From NCBI GenBank assembly GCA_905215695.1, contig CAJMQN010000003.1, positions 171,436-235,435 of the forward strand: 64,000 bases of DNA, in the 5' to 3' direction. The notes under the pieces are model-generated. The model did no database searches, was not told the DNA's origin, and saw nothing but the letters and a program-made list of their open reading frames with translations. Both the position numbers and the translations under genes were made by a program. Shown here piece by piece: positions 54,229-62,460 of the stretch. The DNA is from an uncultured bacterium (lineage in GTDB: Bacteria; Bacillota; Clostridia; Christensenellales; HGM11417). The first letter of the stretch is position 1; each line of letters starts with the position of its first letter.

Positions 54229-55770
54229 GAATTCTATTTTGACAAAGCAGAAGGGAAATTATGGTACATTCCCAAAGAGAATGTGGGCATGTCGTCGGCG
54301 GAGATCTGGGTGCCCGAACTGGAGGGACTTGTGGAAATCCGCGGCAGCGGAACCGACCGGCGGGTCCAAAATCTTGTATTCAACGGAATCATATTTGAAT
54401 ATGCCGGATTCACTGCTGCAGAGCGAACCGGATTTGTTGATTTACAGGCTGCGCTGTACGCGGTCGAAAGTACGGAGAACATTCTGCTTTACGACGTTCC
54501 CGTCGGGACGATTCACATCGAAAACGCGGAAGAAATCGGTATTCAGAACTGCGTGATCCGGCATGCGGGCGGGAACGGCATCAACGTCTATCTGAGCGCT
54601 TCCGAAATTTCGTTGATTGGCAATCAGATTACAGATATTTCGGCGAGCGGAATTCAGATTGCGCCCTACGTGTCCGCGCGCACCGACGGAAAGGATTTAT
54701 ACCGTCCCTATCAGCCGGGCGAACCAAATAATTATGAGGTTCACGGGGTGGACGTCATAAACAATGTCCTGTCCTGGATTGGCATGGAATATCACGGCGG
54801 GGTGGGCATCGGCAATGCGGTCGGTTACGATGTGCGTATTCTTCACAATGAAATCGGTTTTACGCACTACACGGGAATCACCAACGGCTGGGGGTGGTCA
54901 ACCATTGAATATGTCATGCGCGATATTACCATTGCATACAACGACGTTCATCATAACCTCATGACAATGGAGGACGGCGCCTGTTTCTATAATCTTAATA
55001 ACGTGCCGAATTTACAGGTGCGGGGCAATTATTTTCATGATATTATCCGCAACCGCTACGCGAGCAAGAGCGCGCCCTGCTATGCAATCTATCTCGATGA
55101 AGGGACTTCCAATGTCTTTGTGACCGGGAATGTCATCGCCGCAGCCAACGAAAACGAACTGGAGATGAGTATGCTCTTCCACAATGTAGGATTCGGAAAC
55201 TATACGTTGGGCAATTTCTACGAAAGCGCACCTGAAGCTGCGGATATTATCGAAAAGGCGGGCGTGACCGGAGAGTATCGGAATATGAGCCTGAAGAATA
55301 CCTCCGCTTGGGGCAATTCGGCGCTCACACATGTGCGTATGGGACAGCCCGAAAATGCTTTGGACGGTGAGGTCGGTTTCAAATTTACTTTGAATCGTCA
55401 GGTCAACGTGACCGCACTCGGCAGATTCTGGAGCTACGGCAATGTTCAGAAACATAAAATTACAATCTATGACCTTAACGGCAAGGCGAGAATCTCCGCG
55501 GTTGTGGACATGTCCCAAGGTTATGCGGATATCAACGGTTTTAAATATGTACGGCTCAACGGCGCGGAAACGCTTTCTGCGGGGACGTACTATATTGTGA
55601 GTGAAGAATTTGCAGGCGGGGACCTTTGGCTCGGCAATTCGAGTATCGTCGTGAGCACGGCGGATCTTCTTGTCGAAGGACATGTACGAATCGAGAACGG
55701 AGAACTGATGGAAGGAACTGCCGGACTCGAAAAATTTGCGGCGGGAGTGGTGAATTTTCTTTATGAGTAA
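54226..55770 (+). pseudogene. 5'-truncated right-handed beta-helix (pectate-lyase-fold) protein gene
   Basis: Family-like sequence GEFYFDKAEGKLWYIPKENVGMSSAEIWVPELEGLVEIRG starts abruptly at the junction with no upstream signal or N-domain. The longest startable ORF is GTG 54283. Beta-helix repeats NCVIRHAGGNGI / GNQITDISASGI / HNEIGFTHYTGI. Confidence 0.55.
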
Positions 55771-56899
55771 TTGGAGCGAACTATCCGATCGGCTCGAGAG
55801 CCTCATGGCGGAGTGCGCGAGTGCGGATACGAAAAATTTTGAAGGAGAAATTCCTGTCATTCAGCCCGCTTACAGCGACTTTTATTTCGGACTGTGGCCG
55901 GACGACTACTATTTTCCGGTCAAAACTTCGCCGGGACTGCTTTCGGACGAGACGGCAAATAAATTGTTTTGCTTTTTGACCGAGCATGTCGCAAGTCAAG
56001 CGGTGTTTCCGGACAGGATAGAAGAGAGCGGACACTGCGTCTTTCAGCCCGGTCGGGAAGATTCGCCGCATGGCAGGCTGATGCCTATGCATCTGCCCGC
56101 CGCTTGGGCGCGGCTTGTGTCCTATCTCTATGAGCGCACGGGCAACAGGGCGAATTTGGATAAGTGGTCGCGCATATTTTGCCGCAGTTTTGAGCAAGTA
56201 CGACTGGAGGCGGGGCTTCCGTATCTCGCGGACAACGAGTTTCAGGTCGGATTCGGCTTTTTTGACACCGTTGGTTTGCAGGGAAACGACCTCATGTCTT
56301 CGATTGTGCTCAAACGAGGCTACGAGCGCGCGGCAAAGTTGTTTCAAACAGCCTTGCCCGAACGCGCTATAGCATGGCAAAAATGTGCAGTCGATATTGC
56401 GGAAAATATCTGGCGGCTACAGTCCGACGAGGGATGGTTCCTATCGGATTCCGTTGGGTGCCGGCAATTTTCGGCATGGCCGAACGGACTCATCTACGGG
56501 GAGGATTACTTGTCCAAAGAGACAAAAGAACAGATTCGTGCAAAGATTTGGGCGGAGAGGGAGACGCTGATCTGCCGGGGTATGACCCGACAGAATGCGG
56601 ATTCAAAGTGGAAACAAATGAATCCCGTTTGGTCTTTTTCGACGGGCGTATATATGGACGGCGGCTATTGGGCGGTCGGAACGGGTTACATTCTGCGCTG
56701 TCTTGCGGATTCAGATGAAAATTTTGCCCGCCGCACAGTGGAAGAGATGATAGACAGCCTGTCGGCAATGGATTTTCCCGAGTGGATGGACGCAAAGGCG
56801 GAGAGGTTCGGCGGCAAAAAATTTATGATGAGCCTTGCTATTCCGCTCGCCGCGGTAAGGGCGATCGAAAATGATACGCAACTTGTGGAACTGTTTTAG
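55763..56899 (+). CDS. Hypothetical protein, possibly (alpha/alpha)6-barrel glycosidase-like
   Basis: ATG 55763 overlaps the previous stop. W/Y/G-rich C-terminal region (VYMDGGYWAVGTGY). No family recognised. Confidence 0.5.
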   Translation: MSNWSELSDRLESLMAECASADTKNFEGEIPVIQPAYSDFYFGLWPDDYYFPVKTSPGLLSDETANKLFCFLTEHVASQAVFPDRIEESGHCVFQPGREDSPHGRLMPMHLPAAWARLVSYLYERTGNRANLDKWSRIFCRSFEQVRLEAGLPYLADNEFQVGFGFFDTVGLQGNDLMSSIVLKRGYERAAKLFQTALPERAIAWQKCAVDIAENIWRLQSDEGWFLSDSVGCRQFSAWPNGLIYGEDYLSKETKEQIRAKIWAERETLICRGMTRQNADSKWKQMNPVWSFSTGVYMDGGYWAVGTGYILRCLADSDENFARRTVEEMIDSLSAMDFPEWMDAKAERFGGKKFMMSLAIPLAAVRAIENDTQLVELF

Positions 56900-56909
56900 G
56901 AGCGAGACG

Positions 56910-58844
56910 ATGTTTGAAATTAAGGACAGACAGGTGCATATGGACTTTCATCTCTCGGGAGAGGTGCCGGACGTCGGCGCCAATTTCGACGAGGAACGCT
57001 TTGTGAGGCGGCTCAAAGAGAGCCATGTAAATGCCGTTACCGTATTTGCGAAATGTCACCATGGCTATTTTTACTATTTCGATTCCGAATTTACGGTTCA
57101 TCCCAATCTCAAGACGGACCTTTTGCCTCGGCAGCTCGACGCCTGTGAAAGAGCGGGGATCGAGACTGCGGTATATATCTCTGCGGGATTCGACGAAGTG
57201 CTGGCAGAATAGCATCACGACTGGGTCTATCGGGGTCGGGACGGTTCAACGGCTCGGGCGGTTTCTTTTGAATCGGACGGCTATCATTTTATGTGTTTCA
57301 ATACGCCTTATCTTGATGTGCTGTGCGCGCAGACCGAAGAGGTCATGAAGAAGTTTATGCCCAACGAAGTCTTTTTTGATATCTGCAATGTCAGACCTTG
57401 TTTTTGCGAATTTTGCAGAGCGGAACGGCAGCGAGAGGGAGTCGGAGAGGACGACGCGGCGGTGCTTGCGCATGCCGAACGGGTGTATGCCGAATTCTGT
57501 CGGCGCACGACCGAAGCGGTGCGCAAGTACAGTGCGACCTGCCGTATCTTCTACAACGGCGGACACTTCTTCCGGGGGCGCAGGGACCTTGCGGGATACA
57601 ACACGCACTATGAAATCGAGTCTCTTCCCACGGGTGGCTGGGGATACGATCATTTTCCCCTCACCGTCAATTATCTTGAAAAACTGGGCGGCGAATATCT
57701 CGGGATGACGGGGAAATTCAATACGACCTGGGCGGAATTCGGCGGTTATAAGCATAGAAACGCACTGTTGTATGAGGCGGGACTTTTCCTTTGTTACGGG
57801 GCGAAATGTTCGATCGGAGACCAAATCAACTTTGACGGGACTTTGGACGACTACACCTATGACTTGATCGGTTACGCCTACCGCCATGTTGAACGGTTTG
57901 GAAAATATGTGTATCCAAGCGTAAAGCGGACCGAAATCGGCGTTTTTTCGGTAGAGGCTTTTACCGGAGAATACACGCCGGCAACGGACCTTGGCGTTGT
58001 CAAAATTTTGTTGCGGGGCAAGTATCAGTTTGATTTTTTGGACAGAGATTCTGTGCTTGACGATTATAAGGTTCTCATTCTTCCGGACCGAATTGTGCCC
58101 GATGAAAAGCTCGAGGCGCGTATCCGACAATTTACGGACAGGGGCGGCAAACTGCTCCTGACGGGAGAGTCCGGGGTTCGGGAAGGACGATTCCTTTTTG
58201 ACATCGGCGCAGAATGGGTAGGCAAAGAAGAGTTGATTCCAAGTTATCTGGAAGGGGAGAGCCTCACCGGTTATAAAGCGCATAACGTCATTTATTCGGA
58301 CAGCTATCGAATTGCCTGTACCGGAGAGGAACTGGGGAAGAAGTATTTGCCTCTTCAAAACCGCGAGGGGAGGCATTTCTGTGCGCACCAGCACTGGCCC
58401 GAAAACCCAAAGAAAAACGTTCCCGGTATCACGGAGGGCAGGGAGGGAATTTATCTCTGCTGGAAAGTGTTTGAGGATTTTGCGAATTTTGCGCCCTGCG
58501 TCGTGCGGGAGACGATAGACAAGATTCTTGACAGGTTGCTCGGGCGCAGACTTGCAGAGTCCAGTCTGCCCGTTCAGGCACTCCTGACTCTACGGCATCA
58601 GCCCGGGCGGGAAATCTTGCAGGCGCTATATGGCGTTCCATATCAGGCGGGCGGAAATTTACAGGTTATAGATGATATTCCCGCGCTGTATGATACTCGT
58701 TTTTCTGTCGCAGTCGAGCAGAAGGTTCGGCGCGTCCTGGATACTGTAGAGGGAAAAGAACTGCCTTTTGAAGAGCGCGAGGGGAGAGTAGAGTTCAGTC
58801 TGCCCAAATTTTGGTGTCATTCTGTTGTGTTGATTGAATATTGA
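56910..58844 (+). pseudogene. GHL6/beta-galactosidase-trimerisation-type glycoside-hydrolase-like gene interrupted by one in-frame TAG (57210-57212)
   Basis: ORFs 56871..57212 and 57291..58844 are in the same frame. Sequence similarity reads through the stop: ...SAGFDEVLAE*HHDWVYRGRDG...YHFMCFNTPYLD. Confidence 0.65.
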
Positions 58845-60466
58845 TATGAAAAGTTGAGCGCCGTACTCTGTACGGCGCTTTTTAATAAATACGGATGGAC
58901 TTTTCTTATATCGGGAACATAACATGTTTTATTGGAAGAAAGAGAAATTGGCGCAACGACAAAAATATATAAAACAGACCAAAATCGTTCGATTTTGGTC
59001 TGTTTTGGCGCACCGAGGCATTTAATATCCGAATTTTTCGCCGCTTCAATATCGGAAAGATAGACCGTCTGCGTTCCGTCCTTGAAGTTTAAGGTTAAGG
59101 TTACTTTATCGTCAAACAAATAGATTGAATTTATAAAACCGTCTATTAGCCGTCGCTTGCCGTCCTGCGTGGTGATGTCCAACTTTCTAAACTTCTCTAT
59201 TCCGAAACGTATCTGGTCTTTCGTAAGGAAAGGCTTTTTTATTCTCTCCTGCAAAATAGTGATTTCAAGTTCTTTCTTCTTGCTCTCCAACTGCGCAAGC
59301 CTGTCCTTCGTGCTATCCGTAATAATGCCCTGCTCTATCGCATCCATTACGTTGGAAATTCGCTTTTCCGTTTCGTCAAGCTGTTCTTTTAAGCGAGGGA
59401 TTCTCGGATTCTCTTCCCCCTGCAACACGTAAATTCTGTCTGTGAGATAATCTACGAGCTTTTCGTCGTGCAGAATTTCCATAGCCTTTTTAACGACTAA
59501 ATCTTCTATCCATTCCTTGCGGACGGCTTTCTTGTCGCAAATGTGGACTCTCTTGGTATTGGCGCATTTATAGTAATGATAAACCTTTGAAGTTCCCATT
59601 CCGCTTTCGCCTACCATATGCGCACCGCACTTGCCGCAAAAGAGTTTTAGCGTAAGCAGATAATCGTCCTCGGCTTTATGCCTTGCAGGAGCTTTCTTAT
59701 TCTTAATCAGCTTTTTCTGCACCCGTTCAAACAACTCGTCCGAAACGAGAGAGGGAATACAATGCGGCACGACCACTTCACGGAATTTGTATTCCCCGAT
59801 ATATCTGCGGTTGGAGAGAATGCGCTGTACGCTGTTAATGTTCAGTTTGCCGCCACGATAGGAACGGATGCCCTTTTTATCGAGATAATCGACGATTTGC
59901 TTAACCGTCTTTCCATCGGCATACATAGTAAAGATTTCTTCCACGATAGGTGCGGTGGTTTCGTTCGGTTCAAACTTGCGTTCAGCGTTCAGCTTATAGC
60001 CGAAAGTAACCTGACCACCGTTGTTTATGCCTTTCAACGTGTTTTCCTTCATACCACGCACAACCTTTTCGGCAAGTTCTGCGGAGTAGTACTCCGCCAT
60101 GCCTTCGAGAACGCTTTCCAACAATATACCTTCCGAGCCTTCGGATATGCTCTCCATAGCGGAGACAACCTTAACGCCGTTTTTGCGGAGCAAGGCTTTA
60201 TAGTGTGCGCTGTCGTAGCGGTTACGGGAGAACCTGTCCAACTTCCACACGATAATGCAATCGAAAGCGTGCTTATAGCTGTCCTTAATCATACGCTGAA
60301 ATTCAGGACGATTATCAGATTTAGCGGACAAAGCTCTATCTATGTAGTTGCCGATAACGTCAATTTCGGCACGGCTTGCAAACTCCATACACTCACGGAG
60401 CTGCCCTTCGATACTTTCTTCTCTTTGGTTGTCCGAACTGTACCTCGCATAAATTACGGCTTTCAT
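58817..60466 (-). CDS. Large serine recombinase (resolvase/invertase N-domain + recombinase + zinc-ribbon domains)
   Basis: MKAVIYARYSSDNQREESIEGQ (catalytic Ser region), VWKLDRFSRN, zinc ribbon CGKCGAHM...YYKCAN. The last ~25 codons run into host-like high-G+C DNA and overlap the host gene end. Confidence 0.9.
   Translation of the reverse strand: MKAVIYARYSSDNQREESIEGQLRECMEFASRAEIDVIGNYIDRALSAKSDNRPEFQRMIKDSYKHAFDCIIVWKLDRFSRNRYDSAHYKALLRKNGVKVVSAMESISEGSEGILLESVLEGMAEYYSAELAEKVVRGMKENTLKGINNGGQVTFGYKLNAERKFEPNETTAPIVEEIFTMYADGKTVKQIVDYLDKKGIRSYRGGKLNINSVQRILSNRRYIGEYKFREVVVPHCIPSLVSDELFERVQKKLIKNKKAPARHKAEDDYLLTLKLFCGKCGAHMVGESGMGTSKVYHYYKCANTKRVHICDKKAVRKEWIEDLVVKKAMEILHDEKLVDYLTDRIYVLQGEENPRIPRLKEQLDETEKRISNVMDAIEQGIITDSTKDRLAQLESKKKELEITILQERIKKPFLTKDQIRFGIEKFRKLDITTQDGKRRLIDGFINSIYLFDDKVTLTLNFKDGTQTVYLSDIEAAKNSDIKCLGAPKQTKIERFWSVLYIFVVAPISLSSNKTCYVPDIRKVHPYLLKSAVQSTALNFSYQYSINTTE
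58857..58884 (+). terminator. Intrinsic terminator of the host glycan locus
   Basis: AGCGCCGTAC-tct-GTACGGCGCT followed by TTTT. Confidence 0.8.
58971..59006. repeat. Perfect 17-bp inverted repeat around a TT core, inside the recombinase 3' coding region
   Basis: AAAACAGACCAAAATCG-TT-CGATTTTGGTCTGTTTT. Confidence 0.9.
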
Positions 60467-60616
60467 AAATAATTCTCCTTGTGGGTATAGTATAACATAC
60501 TAAACCTGACAACTCTGTCATATATAAAAAATTATTTTGAATTTTCTATGGTTTATTATATAGCTCTAAACGAGCTAAGTCAATAATTTTAGCTCAATCC
60601 GTGGTATTATTTTGGT

Positions 60617-60820
60617 ATGATATTATTCAAAGAAAGACTTAAAGAGTTAAGGGTAGAAAGGAAGCTATCACAGGCAGACCTTGCAAAAGAGTTAAACGTC
60701 AGCCAAAGAAGTATAAGTAGTTGGGAAACGGGTTTCAGACAGCCTGACTTTGAAACGTTGGAACGTATTGCAAAATTTTTTGACGTAACGGCGGATTATC
60801 TTCTCGGCTTGGGTGACTAA
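60617..60820 (+). CDS. XRE-family HTH transcriptional regulator (67 aa)
   Basis: LKELRVERKLSQADLAKELNVSQRSISSWETG is a Cro/CI-type HTH. Divergent from the recombinase gene. Confidence 0.9.
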   Translation: MILFKERLKELRVERKLSQADLAKELNVSQRSISSWETGFRQPDFETLERIAKFFDVTADYLLGLGD

Positions 60821-60865
60821 GAATAATTTTTGCGCAAATTATACAAAACAAATGTTTATAAACTA

Positions 60866-60894
60866 TTGACAAGAGCATTATGATGTGTTATAAT
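60866..60894 (+). promoter_or_regulatory. Near-consensus promoter heading a ~600-nt ORF-free region
   Basis: TTGACA (60866-60871), 17-nt spacer, extended -10 TGtTATAAT (60886-60894). Confidence 0.7.
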
Positions 60895-61381
60895 GCGAAT
60901 ATACGATATGAGTCGTATTCTGCCCTCAGAGGGTGTAGTTCTGCATTGACATTAACGTACAGGTCAAATAGTGCAGAATGATTTTGAACGGAAGAAGTCC
61001 GTTCTTGCCTTAGCTTGCGAATATTGGTGCAAGGTGTTTTCGGCATACAAAAAATTCGTGAGCCGTAATAGGCTTTTATTGTCGTACAGTTTTTCGGCAA
61101 TAAGAAACGACTAAGCGAGTCCGGAGTTGCTCTATGTATTTTAAAGAGTAACGTTGATGGTCTATTTTGTTGTACAATTTTTTAGGAGATTTAGCACATA
61201 AATTAACAATCTAACTTAATAGAATGGCTAACCACCATAGAGCAAGCAGAACTTGCTAAATAAGGTTCAAGTCGGTGAAACGTAAATGATTTCAGCGGCT
61301 TTTTTCACGTTCTTTTTTCGGCATTAACCCACTACTATGCGGTGGTTAATCAGATTTAAAAAATGATTTCGGAGGTAATCA

Positions 61382-61414
61382 ATGAACAAGCAAATGTCTA
61401 TCAGACCGCCTTAA
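61382..61414 (+). CDS. Candidate 10-codon leader mini-ORF (MNKQMSIRPP*)
   Basis: GGAGG (61371-61375) + 6 nt + ATG 61382. Ends Pro-Pro-stop. About 90 nt upstream of the next gene. Confidence 0.3.
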   Translation: MNKQMSIRPP

Positions 61415-61504
61415 TAAAGGTAAGCGTTTCGCTTAACCAAGTATCTTAAATACTTTTAAGCAAGAACAGCAAATCACAAATCAAACGTTAAAAGGAGAAC
61501 AAAA

Positions 61505-62179
61505 ATGGAAAACAAACAAGACAAATTTACTTTTTACCAGCCCTATTGGGATTTGGTAAAGGACGAGGACGGGGCAACCGTAAAGAGCATTATCGGGCAT
61601 ATATGCCGCTATATGCTGGACGGAAACGAGGAAAAGCCGACAGACCAAACGCAAGCACTTATATGGGAGGACCTTGTGGAAGTGTTAACTCCGCAACGGG
61701 AAAAGGAACTGCAAGGCAAAACGCCCAAGGCGTACAACGCCAGGTGGAAACACTTTACTTTTCGCAGGAACTATTACAACAAATTGCTATCCCTTGAAGG
61801 TGACCAAGCGAAGGAATATTTGCAAGCAATTTGCGAGTTAGCGTTCAATGGCAGACAACCTAAAGAATTATCTGCTACCGTTAAGAAGTATTACGAATTA
61901 TCGTTACTAACTTTAAACACTTCCATTAAACGGAAAAAGGCAGGTAGCAAAGGCGGTACAGCACCGAGAACAAAACAGGAAACCCCTACTTCTTTACACA
62001 CGATAGAAGATTTAAAGGTGTTCGGCTGTACGGGGAGTTTAAGTTTACAGAATCCGATATTAGATGGTGTGGACGTAAACGAGCTTTATGAGTTTGTTAA
62101 GGCAAACGAGGAAACACATTCAATGTCTTTGTATAAGGCAGTTGAAAGCTTCCGAAATCGGAAAGGAGCAGGCGGTTAA
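61505..62179 (+). CDS. Hypothetical element protein with two copies of an N-terminal helical module
   Basis: AAAGGAG then ATG 61505. FTFYQPYWDLV...ICRYMLDGNEEKP and FTFRRNYYNKL...ICELAFNGRQPKE look like an internal duplication. No firm family assignment. Confidence 0.55.
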   Translation: MENKQDKFTFYQPYWDLVKDEDGATVKSIIGHICRYMLDGNEEKPTDQTQALIWEDLVEVLTPQREKELQGKTPKAYNARWKHFTFRRNYYNKLLSLEGDQAKEYLQAICELAFNGRQPKELSATVKKYYELSLLTLNTSIKRKKAGSKGGTAPRTKQETPTSLHTIEDLKVFGCTGSLSLQNPILDGVDVNELYEFVKANEETHSMSLYKAVESFRNRKGAGG

Positions 62180-62199
62180 TATGACAAGCAAATTGGAAG

Positions 62200-62400
62200 C
62201 AACCGGAAAGCAAAACTTATATGCACTTTATAAGTGTAACTCACTACACTTACTTTGTAAGTTCCGTTCGCTCTGCGAGACGAGGCTTGCAGTTTTCCAA
62301 ACAGCACAGTGCGCTGTTTGGGCAAGCCGAAATGAGCTTGCGCATAGTGCAAGGCGCAAGCGGTGACCGAAAACGGCGTTGCCATTACGCCGTTTGAGAA
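62200..62400 (+). other. Candidate oriT region upstream of the relaxase gene
   Basis: Nested inverted repeats: CCAAACAGC-N7-GCTGTTTGG (62297-62321), GCAAGC-N8-GCTTGC (62322-62341), AAACGGCGT-N7-ACGCCGTTT (62371-62395), plus CTTATA/TATAAG and ACTTAC/GTAAGT repeats at 62215-62270. Confidence 0.4.
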
Positions 62401-62460
62401 AATGACCACTAAAAAATAAAATATTAGGAGGAAACGAAGATTAGTTATTTAGTATGTCAT

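Noticed and set aside
57210-57212. TAG as a pyrrolysine or other recoded sense codon
   Set aside because: TAG terminates several well-defined genes in this window, and no pylTSBCD-like genes or PYLIS-like context are seen. A nonsense mutation or sequencing error is more parsimonious.
60888-61100. 70-aa ORF on the minus strand in the element's ORF-free region
   Set aside because: It runs antisense into a consensus plus-strand promoter. It has no RBS, its Cys/Arg/Thr-rich composition resembles no known fold, and it is likely spurious.
62088-62409. ORFs 62088..62366(+) and 62176..62409(-) between the 61505 gene and mob
   Set aside because: They overlap the end of the 61505..62179 gene or the inverted-repeat-rich putative oriT. 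They have poor start contexts and odd Cys/Arg-rich composition. They are treated as non-coding, with low certainty for the 62181 ATG sub-ORF.
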